A DNA stretch of 64,000 nucleotides, from contig OZ234493.1 in the NCBI GenBank assembly GCA_965153455.1, positions 1,550,001 to 1,614,000 on the forward strand. Direction: 5' to 3'. Each line of letters begins with the position of its first letter. The stretch's first letter is position 1. Shown one piece after another: positions 12,585 through 27,614 of this stretch. Source of the stretch: Sphagnum compactum (taxonomy: Eukaryota). The notes beneath the pieces are model-generated. The model ran no database searches and was not told the origin of the DNA. It saw only the letters and a list, made by a program, of their open reading frames with translations. A program made the translations under genes and the position numbers.

Positions 12585-13554
12585 TAAGTTAAAACAAGTC
12601 ATGTTATTGACACTATTATTACATACACATGTGTGACAACACCCCATACAATAGATATGTCAAAACCTAGAAGCTTCCTTTATGCAGGCCCTAATTCTGG
12701 TAATGTCCACAGCCTTCGGTGTTACCCTGCACTTAACATCTGTGTGAACATTCCTTGAGGTGTAGGACCAAATGAAAACTACATCTCTCATCTCCCTGGG
12801 ATTTTCTACCCTACAGGCAGAGCCCATAAATGAAGAAACTAAAGATGTGGCATTTTAGGTACATGCCCTTGGCTCTGACTTTGATGATGATGGTGAGAGA
12901 CTGACAACTTTGGTGATGAAATAATTGGACCATGCTCTATGTGTGTGTGTGTGAATTATTGTGTTCTTGTGAGGGATAGTTTACAACTGAGCATTGGTCT
13001 ATAATGCATGGGGCTCTCACTTTCCATTTACATCAGGGTAGTTCCAGGCATGGCCCAGGCAAAGGGCAGTGGATGAAAAACCCACATGTAAATGTGGGTG
13101 AAGTGGATAATGTCAGCTCAAACTATTAGGGGGCTTTTCAGACCTAATTTCACAATGTGGGCATGAGAGCATTTTCAATCACACCCTCTATTTGTGCATC
13201 TATCACTGTTTACCACATACATTGTTACTTATTCCCCCCACACATAAACATGAAAACATGGCAACTACAAAGTGAGATACTACTTAAATGTCACCACCTG
13301 GGTAAATAAAAATAGTCATTTCCGTTTATTTGGGCCCTCTTTGAACCACCATTTCCTGACCATATGTCCAGGCTCAAATTGAGTTTTACACTATAGAGTT
13401 ATCCATAAAGTTTCACAATTAGGGGGTGAGTTATCCATAAAGTTTCAGCTAGTTTTGACATATTAGGGCATTGAACACATGATTGGGAATGAAAATTTAC
13501 AAAACGAAATAACTTGGACCCAAACTAGTTTTTCCACCAATTTTGATGATAATC

Positions 13555-13795
13555 TGAGTTTCATCCTGTCTTTCGTTCTTCCTGAGCACCTCCACTGCTG
13601 TTACAAATATTACACTGCTCCTATCTGTACAACTGCAATAATAAGTCTTAAACCTTCTTCATGAAATGCTGAGTTTCAGCATTTCATACTAGAGATATAA
13701 TAAAATTTCCTTACTTTGCAGATACCACTGAAAGAGGGGATAGGGAGTGAAAGCAGGCCCAAGGACAAGATGAAGACAGGGTGACTTTACCGATA
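13555..13795. repeat. Dispersed ~230-bp palindromic module, copy 1
   Basis: Collinear with 28192-28420; outer inverted repeat TCATCCTGTCTT / AAGACAGGGTGA; central perfect 12-bp stem ATGAAATGCTGA-gtt-TCAGCATTTCAT. Confidence 0.8.
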
Positions 13796-16700
13796 ATTCT
13801 TATTTCACTGGTATAATTCATCCAAAATATCGTGTACAAGCCATTTACTGACGTACGTGCAGATGCTCTGATCAGTGCTTCTTTTTGGCCATGGTAAGCT
13901 AAATTGCACTTATTTTTTCATTGCTTTCTAGGGCCTATCTAATTTTGTGAGGAAATGTGGTTTTGGAGGCAAGTTTCAACTACAGAATTTGTGGACAGAG
14001 CCAAATCACACCCAACCTCTGGATGGTACATAATCACTAGTGTTGTGTGCAGTTCTTTGATTTCTTTGACAACTTCTGATTCTGGTCTTTTGAAAATTGG
14101 AAAATCAAAGTACTTGCAATTATTCTGATTTTTGGAAAACTTTGGAAGTCAAAGAAACTATCTGGTTCCAGTTCTTCCAAATTTCAAAAGTGAAGGTTCT
14201 TAAACAAGGTTGGTTTTTTCTTACCAAAAATCTGGTGGTCATATATTGAGGTTCTCTAGCCTTAAAAACTTCACCATGACATAGCTCCATGGCAATCCCT
14301 TTCTTTTTGGTTCTATGAATTTTAGCAAGCGTAGGGTAATAATTAACAATGATCTAGTAAAGAGTATAGAATCGACATTTGATCCTTGGGTATCTCAATA
14401 AGCAACATCATATCACCACTAAATACACCATACACAACATCAAAAGAAAGAAAATCACCCTATTGTGTCTTTAATGTATCTGAATCATATAGTGCAGAAA
14501 TCCAAGTCTGCCTTGCTAGATAAACACATTGCATGACAACATAGTGAGAATGTCACAGTCCCTTTATGCATCATGAATATAAGAAGGCTGGCTGTACTAG
14601 GTTAACAATCCCTCATGAATCCTTTCAAAGGTGAAATGCATCTCACAACATCTGTGTCCATGCACCACACAACAAAATAAAGTTCTACCTTGCCTCAGCA
14701 TCTATGTTGCTTGGAAGCCTCCGCACATAACTATAATTGCACTAGACAGCAAATTGTGCAAGTCATTGCCATTGGGCCTTACAAGCTGCGTTGAAAAACA
14801 ATAATAGCGCTTGAAAGAGATTCCCATCACCCTAAAGCAGTCATTACTTGTCACACTGCATGGAAAACAAACTTTCACAGCCCCTGCTAGTGCCCACACT
14901 TTCAGACAAATACTAAGATTTCATTTTAGTTCACAAGTTTCCATGCAACCTACCCCAAACACTCAAATGGCTGATTCAGCATCTAACAACTCCACTGATA
15001 GTTCTCTTTCTCTGGTTGTCAGCCTAACCCTCAAAACAGAGAACACTCGAACATGACACACTCTGGTCTTTGCAAGCTGCACACTACAAACTATGTAGCT
15101 TGTACAAGCTTTGAGGAAAACAAAAAAACAAAAACTGGAACCTATTATCAAGTGTCAAGTGACACTTTGTGAGAAACACAATCCAAACCTAAAAGCTTAC
15201 AAATGCTCCAAAAAAATGGATCGGAAACAAAATCAATAGGTTTGGTGTGTAGTTGATGTGTTGATGCATTGATTTCATACCTAACACCAAGCACATAACT
15301 TTAGAATCATTATTTTGTTGTGCCACCCCTTTTCTCTTTTCAATATATATAATTACAAAGCTTCAATATCCATTGTCACAATAGTGCAACAATCAAGAAC
15401 TCAAAAACCAAAAAACTCCTACTACTACAAGAATTGTAAGAATTGGTGGCCAAAAACAACTACGCAAGTGGAGTTCAACGAAACCAACACAAACTCTTGC
15501 AACAATTTGTTTTTGGCATGCTTGGCTCAACATCACACAACACTAGTAATCACTTATGATTTTCTCTCAATTTTGGGCTAGGATTGTTAAAAAACATGAC
15601 TTAGGACCAAGGCTTTGCAAGAGAGCACTTGAACACCATGGATATTGCCACATGTCTAAGGGTTGATGTGAGGTAGTGGAATGTTTTTTTGTTCTTGAAT
15701 CTTGTCCCTAGACTATTGTTGCAAATTATTGAAGAATGGAATGGCACTTGAAAATGGAATTAGTCTCCAATATGGGAGTGGATACTTGAATATGGATTTT
15801 ATTTTTTCTAATTTTGTAGTTGTCATTTTGTGGCCCCCCAATTTCCAATGGGTTTGCCATTTACTTTCTAATTGAAGAGCACAATAGCTAGGTCATTCAA
15901 CCAAAAAAAAAGAATGTATTTTTTTCATATATGGCAAGTATTAATATTGGGTATGTTTAAAAAACTTTCATATCAATTTGGTATTGGTTTTTATTTGATT
16001 TTTCTTCATATATGATAAGTATAAACATGGTATTGGTATTGATATAAAGCAAGGTTGTCTTAAATGACATAACATGCTCATTTTGTATCATTTGTCATGT
16101 CAATGTGTGTTCGGATACATCAATTTCATCTATCAAGATGAATGAAAAATGGTAAATAAATAAATAAATAAAATCACCAAGTTTGCCCCTTAAACACCTA
16201 ATGACCAAAACTGGATTCAATTGTTATATTTTTGATGATCACAATTGTTCAATCACCATAGTTTTGGCAATCAAAATTATTCAGTCACATTTTTCGTTGC
16301 CACAATTTTGATAATCAAAATGTTCAATCACAGTTTTGATCACCATAGTTTCAATGATCGAAACTTTTTTGGTCACTAAAGGTTTGGTGATCACAACCCA
16401 TGGAATTTGCAGCAACCAAAATAAATTTTGGTCATTTGATCAATGGTGGATCAATTTGTAATCTTGATCTAACAATTGAATTTGGATTTTTTTTAATCAA
16501 CATTTGGGTAGGTTTTTTTAGCACTTGATAATCAATCATAGGTGTCCATTGGCACTTTAAATTAATCTAAATCATAGTTGGAACACTACTAGAATTCCTT
16601 TTTTTTTTTAACTAGAATTTTTTGTCAAAAAAGACCATTTTGGATAGGCATCAAAAAAATTTCTTAGTCATTTTCGACAAATCATTTTGAACTTGTCCAT

Positions 16701-17929
16701 TGTGATTGGGCTATGTGCTTTTTGATCAGGCCTAGGTTGGCATTTTTTACTAGTCATTTCGATTAGTACTTTTGACTAATATTTGTGACTAGACATTTTG
16801 ACTAGTCAATACAACAATCAAATGATTTTTTAAGTGATCAAACACCATTTTGATTAGGCAAATGCCATGTGGCATTTAAACAATGGCCACCCAAGTTAAG
16901 CCATGTTGCATCTAAACATTGGCCACCTAGGCTATGCCACATGAATAGACCCTAAGCAACCTTGGTTACCCCTAAAACTAGATACCTACTCCTAAGGTGC
17001 CTATGTTTAGAAACCTACAACCTAGGTTCTTAGGCCTAGGTTTAGGAGCCTATAACTAACAATTAGGTAAAGAAGCTTAAAATAAGTTAGGGCAACTTAC
17101 ACTATGACCTTTACTAGACTTAAATGTACACCACCTAAATTAAGCCTACACCTAGATGACCTAGGTAGGAAAATCCTATTTCATTTTGAATTTGGCCTTT
17201 AAGGTTGAGCCTTTTCAATTGGTTCATTCCAAGTGGCCTTCCTTTTTAAAATATTTATTATATCTTGGATGCTTATGGTGTATCTATTTATATCATTTGG
17301 AAAGGATGACAAACAATATGAGACAAATTTTGGGGAGGGAGAAACATTTCATGTCCACACAACAATAGAACCTTTTAGTTCACACAACATTGTTCATAAA
17401 TAACTACGTAATGTACAGAAATTAAGTAAATAAATAAATAAAAGGTAGGTAAATATGTATGTTAATTAAGTTAAAATAAAAATTGGTAATAATTAATGTC
17501 TAGTTATTTAGTTGTAATTAATAATTACAACCATATTATAAATCCTTGAATTATATAATTTATATCAAGATAGTTATAATGTACTATATTGTCGATTGAT
17601 AATTACAACCAAATTATAACTAATCCTTCCAAATTTGACCTAATTCATTATATATTATCAACAATGTATTTGTAATAATTAATATTTAACTACTTAATTA
17701 CACATTCATTTATATATTTAAGGTAAATAACTAATTAAGCAACTAGTAATTTATCATAGGTGTATAAATGGCCTATCCTACCCTATATAACTAGGTTACC
17801 TATAGGCTCAAATATAGGTAAATAAGTGGAGTATGGGTAAGATGTGTATAAATAAATACATCTACATATAAGCTACTTGTATTTAAGCTATTTAACGACA
17901 TATTTACATTACATAAGTTAAATAGGTGG

Positions 17930-18453
17930 CTAGTTTAACCTAGGAAAAATTAATTATGGCAAAACAAATGATTGGTAAAATAATAATGCCTAAACCAACC
18001 ACAACTAAAGTACTTATGACAAAATTAATGATTATTAAACTACTAATGGCTAAACCCACCAAAATTTTAAAATAATTATGGAAAAATAAAAATGGCTAAA
18101 TTAAAAATGGTTAAATTAACCATGAATAAAATAAATATGGTGAAACTAACCATGAGAAAAGTAAATAAGGCCAATCTAACCAATGAATAGATATTTTATG
18201 GTTAAACCAACCATGGCCAAACTAAAAATGGCTAAAACTAACCATGAGTCAAATAAATTGGTTAAACTAGCCATAAAAAAAGTAAATATGGTCAAACTAA
18301 TCAATGAATAAATATTTTATGGCTAAACCAATCATGCCTAAATTAGAAATGGTTAAAATAATTATGGTTAGGTTTGATTTTAATTAGTTTTTCCATAGGT
18401 AGTTGAACCATAATTAATTTCAATATAATCAATTTAACCATAGTTAAATAAAC

Positions 18454-18499
<46 letters not shown>

Positions 18500-18545
18500 A
18501 ACCATAATTAATTTGGTTATGATTCATTTAATTATGATTAACTAA
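17930..18545. repeat. Degenerate ~20-bp AT-rich minisatellite (ATGGTTAAACTAACC-like) containing an (AT)19 microsatellite at 18457-18494
   Basis: Repeated ATGGYYAAA/AACCAT motifs and a pure AT dinucleotide run. Confidence 0.8.
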
Positions 18546-20324
18546 CTTGTACACTTTCCAATTTTTTTTCTAATTGGTCAAACATAGTCAATAACATATG
18601 AAATATGAAAGTTGATGTTTATGTAATGTTTAAAAACAAATATGGGCTAAATATAATGCATCCTATTATATTTTCACATCAAGAAGGGTGGTTTGATGGC
18701 AAAGGATTTGATATCCATCCATAGGGTTTAAGGATTATACTTAACAAATGACATAGTTATGGTCAACAATGGTATGTTGACCATAGTTATTTTACATAGT
18801 TAAACTATTTGACCTAGACCCATTTAGGTATCTAAACTATGTGGCCTACCTAACTACCTAAATAAGTTTTTGGCCTAGCCTAGGTAGTGACACATGTCAA
18901 CAATTCATAGATGAAAAATTATGAAATTATCAATAACATGAATTATTATATTGTGTTATTTCTATAAATATAATATTTTATTAAAAAATTGCATTATTTT
19001 TATTTAATATATGTGATTATAAAAAAATTTAAAAAAATAATTTGAATTTTTTTTAATGTTGCCCATTATTTTATGTAGTTGTAATTGTAGTTGTATAGTG
19101 TTATGACTAATTGGTGGACAAAAAAATCCTTGTAGTTGCAAATGATCTGCAAATTTTGGTGTGACTATATATTTGCCATATGGAGTTTTTTTTTTATTGG
19201 TTTTTTGCCACTTGTTTAAGGTGACTACAGGGTTTGTAATCACATGTGTCCATTATGAATAAAATTGTAGTTGTTTATTTCCAAATTGCTTCTAGTGTTT
19301 CAAATTTAAAATATTTATTTTTACAATACTTAGCATTGCAAGTGGTAGGCAAGAATTATCCTTTCCATCAATTTGAAGGCTGTAACAATACAATTGTTCC
19401 AATGCAAACACAAAACTAGGGATGGTATACCCATAGTACTAATTATGTGAATATGTTGTTAACTCCTTCCTTTCCCATCTCTTTCTCATCAAGATTGCAT
19501 TTTGTGTTGCAAAAAAGACAAAAAATGGTGTTGTGGTTTCAACACTATTAGATTCAGAGATAGCTTGATGTGCAAGAACCTTTTTGTAAACTTGCCATGA
19601 GTCATAATTCCTAAATTAGTAGAGCCCAAAACTCATGACATATGTGTGAGGCAAGCTTTGTGATTTCAACCATTTCAATGAAAAATATGTGTGAGTATTA
19701 TTGAAGTTTGACATTAATATATTAGTGGATCATCATGTATGAAAGTGTTTGGAGGGGGGAGGGGATAGTGCAGACAGTTTACTTTAAACCTCTTTCATTG
19801 GTCTACCACCTATCAAAGAAACCCTAATTTGGGACACTCCAATAGTAGAACCGCACATGGCCTAGTCATGTAAGCGTGGTGAGAAAACTTTTGCTAGTCC
19901 CAAGATAGACATAAGGTTGTCTTCTCGTTTGGGCTACCTATATAGTTTACAAAGACTTTGGGCATAACATATTGGATAACGTGTTCTATTATTTGGAACG
20001 AATTGAGAACTTGAGGATTACATTGGGCACGTAATAAATCTCAATTTGGCAATTGGTTGGACCATGGAAGGGCCATTCAAAATACATTTGGGAACACCAA
20101 ATTCAAAAAAATTCCATCCACCTCTTTTTCCCTTAGAAGGGAAAATAACTGAGCCTCTCGGGTACATGTTGCCTCACCTCATTGGCTGTAAAGGATTTGA
20201 ATTTCTAATTGTGTTGGTCACCTTTTTTGGCCTTGGCAATTCCTAAGGCCATGAATTTGTGGGGACATAGTGTTTTTACTTCCAAATGTTGGTGCCACCT
20301 CCAACTAGGTTTAGAAGTTTTTAG

Positions 20325-20905
20325 AAGACTTTAATCAAACACATGTCCTTCCGACACCATTTTTTCAGTCATCAAGTGAATATTGTGCTCACAACAAATG
20401 GTATTCACACTTTGATAAACATATTGTTGAATCATCTTGAGAATCTTCAACATATTTAAGATGACTTCATCCTTTTAGTAGTAAAAATATTTGGATGTTT
20501 ACATTAGCAAATGGACAAATTTTTTTTTATTAATGTGCTAACATGGCATGATTAACAAAAGGTTTTAGAGGTCCTCCTTTTTCGATTTTATGTTCATTTT
20601 ATAGTTAAAGGTGTCAATGGTTTTTAGAGAATTTAGGTTGTCATTATCTTGCTTCGGGTAGTTGTGGTAACAGGAAAGGCTTCTTCTAGGCTTGGTGTCC
20701 TTCTAGGTTTTTTGCTCATCTCTTTGCATAACTTTGCTTTGTGCTAGTGGTGGGATTAAGTATTAGGTTTCGTGTTTTTTCTTCTTAGGGATCCCCTTTG
20801 GGTGTTTTGCACTTTTGGGTGTGATCTTTTGTTTGGACTTCAATCCTTTCTTTTTTCTTCTCTTGTTCCCTTGTTAGGAGTTTTTCCTTTATTTAGTTTT
20901 TTTTT
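20325..20905 (+). mobile_element. 3' fragment of an RLE-endonuclease (CRE/R2-like) non-LTR retrotransposon, degenerate
   Basis: Broken translation QTHVLP...VNIVLTTNGIHTL...DFILLVVKIFGCLH*QMDKFF...CANMA*LTKGFRGPPFSILCSFY resembles the C-terminal F-x-P-L-A-x-E-x-F-G region of restriction-like endonuclease LINEs, followed by a T-rich 3' region. Confidence 0.55.
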
Positions 20906-23900
20906 TAATCGTGCATACTTTACCTTGAAACTTCCAGTTTAAAAAAATCTGGATAATGTGCTATGGTGTTGAAAACCTGAAATGAAACTTTGTGCAACTT
21001 ATGGTGTCCACCAATTTTGAAGTCTTTTTATTTTTACTCACTCAATTTGATTTATTATTACTCCTTACCATTATGACAAGTATTATTGTGATGATTGTTG
21101 TAAAGAATGATTTGTATGGATTATTTGTTATCAATGAAAATTGATTTCATTGTTTTATGGTGCTGGTCAAAACTTTATTCATCCATTTTTTGTAAGTGTG
21201 AAAATGAGAAACAAATTGAACTTGAATCTTTGTCAATTTTATTACTGAATCTTAATGTGTAGAGTTTCATGAGCTTATTAATACCCTAACATCTAGAAAG
21301 GCATAAAAATGATCATGCCCATAAAAACTATTACAAACTTTAACATGATAGGTGTAAACATAAACGCAACATAAATACGACAACATGAATAATATGGTTT
21401 ATAAATGTGCCCCAGTGGGTTGATTACAAACTTATGGACACTCTCCAGGTAGAATTGACATAGCCTTTCCATTTGGCCCACTTGGAACAAGATGGAGGAT
21501 GCATGGGAACTATGGGAACTACATGAAGAAATTTTGACAAAGCATATGTGATAAATTTAAGGAACACATGTGGGGGGTTGTTTTGAAGGTTGCTGAAAAT
21601 TATTCAACTCAGTGGAAAGTGATTGGTAGTTGACAACTACTTTTGAGGTGAGGGCAATTGAAAGGATTTTGTTCCCAAGATGTTCTTGCATGTTCCCATT
21701 AAACTTAAATACAATTATCTAGAATGTTCCCTATGATGTTTCTAATAAACATGTTGTCCATCCCAGAATATGTGCATCACAATGATGCAAGACCATAGCA
21801 ACAATTTGTATTTTGTGAGTGTCGACCGAGGTTGGAGAGGTCATATGAAGAAACCAAAACAAGGGGAGTCCAAGGAAGGTAGTGGTATGACAGCATTGTT
21901 CCTCGGCCCCACGAAGAAATGCCTCACAGTGACTCACATGATCATTTTGAACTACCCATTGTGGAACCTTGCTTTGTTATTTTATTGGAAGCTTTAGAAA
22001 AACGATTTCAAATAATTGATATCGTCTATCTACAAAAATGTAACACATAATTGTTTACTATAGAGTGTAGGGTCAATTTCCACATGGACAAAACAAATGA
22101 TTAATTTTGAGAAAAAATAATTCTGCTTTATAAATTTGAATTTATTATTTTTTCATGATCTACTATGATACACTCATATGGGTGAAATGATTCAGATTGT
22201 AGCCTGCAATAATTATGATGGTTTTCAACTTCTCAGCTTCCTATTTTCACAAATGCTCTCTTTTTTTCAAACATTATTAAATGATGAAACTGACCTTAGT
22301 GTAAACTATTAAACTATTAGACTAAACCCTAAACTAATAGTGTGTGGGGTGTTTTTGTGGTGAAATCACAATGGCAACCATCCGCAGGTGGATTGAGCCA
22401 CATTTGGCTACAGGGCAGGTAGGACAGTAAATGTTTTTTGGAAATCCTACTGCTATTTGGTGACTTGCAAGAGCATGCACTCTAAATCTCATAAGTCGAG
22501 TCCAACAATCCAACAATGCTGCTTTTTTGGTGAATTTTTTCAAAAATTCCAAAAAAAACATTGATGGGGTCACAGCCCTAAAAAAATGAAAAAAATAGAA
22601 AACTCACATTTTGGCAAAATTTCACGCCCAAAAACTAGCTGGTAGTGGGATGCTTTTTGTTGGTGATCCCAAGAATTGCATAGTACCCAAACACTTTTTA
22701 TCGGGCTTCTAAGTTCCAACACACTCTGAATTCTTCAGGGCATCAGAAAATGCTCAATTTTGCCCCATAATATGACCATGTTCTTGTGCAGTATCCTACT
22801 TAGGGACAAGCAGGGTACGGGAGATGAGCTGCTGATGTTATGTCTGGTTAGGGTAGTACATGTGCAGCTTCAACACATGTCTGTTGAATAATTAAATAAT
22901 TTCCAAGATTCCATTTTGAAGAATAAAATATCTCTCAATGTTCCAAAAGATTCCCTTTTCTTTTTTTTCCCTTCACAAATTGTGGTTCTTTGGAAAAAAT
23001 ATTTTTGGAAAATTTTCAATATTTCTACATATGAGGACTAGTGTAGAAGCAGTCAAGATACTCCCATATTTTGTCACTGGGACCCATTCCAACAACAAAA
23101 AATGGTAGATCGTCATGCTGCAACATTGTATGACATTTTGAATTCCTCGGAGGCAGAGTCAGACCAAATTGTAGCATTAATCAGGATTTCCAAAGCTGCA
23201 AAGTGTAACATGTTTGGCCCCATGGCTCGTAACTGGAAGAGGGGCAGATAGAACTGGAGATTTCATTCTATGGTTATGGAGTGTACCTTGGAGTTGATAT
23301 TCTTGTAGTGATTAGACCAGTGTCAAGTGGGTTGCCAACTGGTTGCGGAGTTCAAATACTTTCAGAGTCTAGAAAAACTGCCTGTTATGAGTTTTTCTTT
23401 TTAAACTCTTAATAAAATCAGAATCAAAGAACTGCATGTTTCAGTTATTTCAAAAACCCCAAAGAACCGTCGGCTTTCATAAAAGAACCAGCGAAGAAAT
23501 GGTGGTTATCTGGGTGGATAATTTGAGGGGAGCTGCGGTTATACTTGAAAACTGGGTATTTGGGTTTTTTGAGGACCCTGGATACGAACTCCATCAATTA
23601 CCCGGATACCCAGTGGAGGTTTGGTGCAGTTTTTGTAACACCTGCCTAATCACTGGCATTGATGCTGTGGACTAATACTGTTTTACAGCTTATTCAAACG
23701 TTTGTTTGTTCTCATCACTTGCAAACTTACTTGGTGCGACAAAGGTGGTTGTGGGAGCTTGTCCCTTCTTCTTCTTCTTCTTGCAAACTCTTGATCACAT
23801 GTGCGCAGCCTGTCCCTGTGCTTTAAGTCTGGCATACACAACAAGTTTGAAAACTGGGGACCATGTTCCTGGTATGTTTCTGGTACATACATACATATAT

Positions 23901-26159
23901 ATATGTCTCAGGTGGTCGGATAGTAGGCTTACAAAGCATGTCAGAAGAAGACATGACTTGGAGGAGTAGGTGCCAGGGAATTGTTTTTCAGAATGACAGG
24001 ATATATTTCACTGAAGCATTTTCAAACAATTTTTATCTTTATTTTTTAGAATTTACATTTATTTTTATTTTTCTTGTGACACATGTTGTCCACTTGATTC
24101 TCACAAATATATTATTATTATTTGTGATGTATGTATGGGTTTTGGTTTTTAAAGTAATGGCTACATTCAGTTGTCTTCTTCTCATTGCTAATAATAGCTT
24201 GAAATGAATATGAAAGCGAAACACCAGCTTGTTACACAACCATCTCTCACAATAAGTTTGAATTCCCAATCTCACAACTAAACACAAAACATATCCTATC
24301 CATGTGCTAGAAGAGTTGTGCACTCACATAAACACCAACAAATCCCAACTTAGAAACAAAGAACCCCAACACCCACACAATTTGGATTGCTGTGAATAAG
24401 TTTTCTTGCAAACTTGACCTACATTTTGAATTGTATCCAAAAATAGGTTTTGCAACTTGCATTTTTAGTAAACATATGTTTTGAAAACAAATTTGTCCTC
24501 ATAAGAGAATAGGTCGAAGACAACAATTATAAAATAAAAAACTTGCATCTCTCTAGCAATCAATCTAGTATCTAACGGAGACCTCCTTCCAAAGTGTCAT
24601 GGAAAGTGTCATGGCTTCATTGTAAGGAAAATTAGTGACGATGTAAAAGTTTTCGGTGAACATGTAAACACAAAGTTGAAGTGTGTGCTTAGCCAATTAT
24701 GAAACTTACTCTTCATGAAAGATAAATTGTTAAAGGTTATTTCATCCTTCACTAAACCTAGCACTTGCACCATGACTATTTTAACAACCTTCGTGTATTC
24801 ACTTAGCTTTGTGAATCAAAATGGAAGAAACATTAACCTTCAGCAACATCCAAGTAACTTGGTTTGCATCTATTGCTTCCCAAATCATTCCTTCAAATTC
24901 TGTTTAGCAGGTGCCATGACATGGCATACATTGATGAAACCCTGACACCCAAAAAAAAGAAAAGAAAGGGAAAAGAAGGAACAAAATGGAAGGACCCATG
25001 TCCAAGAAGCCAAATGAACCACCTAAGAGAGCAAACCACAAGGGGACACAAATTCTGGAACCACCCTCCAGTTGAGAGAAGCGTATCAAATAAAGAAAGG
25101 GGAGGACCTCCTGAAAGGAGGCCTAACCTAGACAAACCCTCACCTTCTGCAACAGCATGTCTTAAAATAGAGACCTCCCGCCTACATTTGATTTTGTAAA
25201 CCCTGCCACCTTGACAGTTTCACACACAATGTGTTTACAAGTAATAAGTGTGTGAGGGAAGGGAAACATGAAGAGGGTAATAAATGGGGTAGGAGAGGCT
25301 AGCCCTTAGCAGGGCCCACCTTTGTACAAGCCACATTAAAGACCCTTACAGACCCAAATTATGTTGCCTTTACCCCTGCCCTGTCAAAAATGGTCATTAG
25401 AAAGCCTGTACTGCTTACTTTAGACCCATGTCACCTACCATAAATTATGAGACCTTAATAAGCTTCCCTCATATTCTGTTGGGGGATAAATCACTTTCCC
25501 ATGAAAGACAAAGTGCACAAGTGATGTGCTATTTATCTACAACCCTATGTGTAAATAGCTATTACACATTGAACTGTTATTTCACTCAAGATAACTAAGA
25601 AAACAAAATTAAGATTTTGTCTTCAGGTTCACACACAACCTGAAAATGATGGTCTCTTTCTATCATTTCCATTGGTCCTCTAAAATTCTCACAAACCTAC
25701 CAAAAAACCTGTATTACACATTTAACTATTAGTTCACTCAAAATAGCTAAGGAAAAAACAATTTCAACTGTCAAATGCAGCAATTTCATTGGCCATAACA
25801 TTTTTTCTGCACATCTACACACAAGCCTATTCGACACCAGGTGTATATTAGTACTACTAATTCTATAAACCTTGTCTGTAAACAGACAGGGTTAAAACCC
25901 AGCAAATTAATAGGACAAAGCAGCATTTTGATTGTACTTCTGACATAAGAAATAAGTCTTCATAGGTGTGAACAAATTTTCTGAAAAGGAAAGAGTATTG
26001 CAATTTTGAAGTTTGATAATTGGGTTTTTGCTGCCTCATTTTCTGACAGCCAGTGTCCACAAAAAATTGTCACTCTTTGCACACACATAGCACAGGGTTA
26101 CTTTGAGCTTTTTTTCCCACTACCAAACCTTTCTGTAGTCACAGCATTAATGCAGTTAA

Positions 26160-26372
26160 AGGTGCATTCACCTTTGGTGTTAGGGACTCGAGTATTGAGT
26201 CCCCTAACACCATGCTAGTCATTTAGGACTTACACCTACTTACCATGAACATTTTATGTTAAGCCACCATTCACTTAACATTAAACTATCACCCATTTAA
26301 CATTGGGTGCCACTTTCGATGCCATCTAGATTTTCATTTAACACTGACTTAACTTCTAGTGTGAATGCACCA
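26160..26372. mobile_element. Tourist-like MITE, copy B
   Basis: TIR GGTGCATTCAC / GTGAATGCACC; TAA TSD; internal hairpin GGTGTTAGGGACTC...GAGTCCCCTAACACC. Confidence 0.88.
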
Positions 26373-27614
26373 TAAGTCTGTTGAACGTAACATATGACTT
26401 ATCCTGACAAGCCTCCATAGAAGTTCAGAACTTTCAGCATGTAGACCAGGTTCGAACATTGGGGAGGCTCTAATGTCTGATAGTGCAATAGAAGTCCAAT
26501 TTGGTTGAGGAGGAGGTTTTGCTTTGCGGGCTGTGCAAAAGTAGTGGTCTGTGGTGACGATGCCATGTTGCCTCAGCTGTTCGTGGCTGTTCCATGGGCT
26601 ATTTCCTGGCCCTTTGATAAGGAGTGACTCTTATACTCAACACATTGAAAGTGTGGGGATAGGAGGTATTGGGGTACCTTCATAGAGCTCACCCCTAAGA
26701 TGGAGGTGCAGCCTTACAATGAAGAGGCTCTTGTTTGCGGATGCTAAATAAGGCATTTGTCTTCTCTTTCTAGGCTACCTTCAGTTCATGTACCAGAGTC
26801 CCACTTTGCCAAAAGAATGAAGAGTCAAATAGAATTATATACATTCATTTAATCCCCAAAAACCATGATATCATGGTATACGTTCATGATACCCGATGAG
26901 TACCTGCCAGGTAGGAACTCTTGAAATAAATAACAAAACAAATTCCCTTGATTTGTGGGGGGGAACTATTATGCTTTAGGGTTTAGTTCACTTGCTTTTG
27001 TCAGGGATCCCTAATGAACACCTTGGAAATGTTTCATCACTTCCATGAGATGAATGCTAGCATAAGTCTAAACATAGGTAAACCAGGTGGCACTTTAGAC
27101 CTAACTTGTAGGTGTAAGGTGCCACAAAGTCAGAAATTGGTGGGAGTAGTCCTTTCACAATAACTTCAGGACAGGGAGTGTGGGTGGAAATGATGTAAGA
27201 GGAAGCAAAACAAAAAATTTTGTGTCACCCTAACTCAAATGATAGACTACATAGTTGCACAAATTTTTAGTTGTCCCCTCCACCACAACTAAAAATACTA
27301 AAAAGAGGCCTGTCAATCAAGGGGCCAGCATATGTAAAATTAATAGAAAATATACTTCCCATCTTCCTAACTGTTTTGTGTGGACTTTTAGGGCCCATCT
27401 CATCAAATTTGGATCATTTCAGTCACTTCTTTTCACACAGAACTGGAATTGCTCCTCGAACTATATACCCTACATGGAAAGACATATGTAAAAATTTTGA
27501 ACGTATTTTGGGGCAGGCTTTACAAATCATGATTTCGATCCCAACCTTATATTAATAGGCCTAATGCTCACACTTTTTTTTTAATATTAAAAAAAAGGGG
27601 GCAAGGTCCTTTAC

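Noticed and set aside
13396..13447. Perfect 20-bp direct repeat GAGTTATCCATAAAGTTTCA with a 12-bp spacer
   Set aside because: Only two copies in a eukaryotic context; a local duplication, not a CRISPR array.
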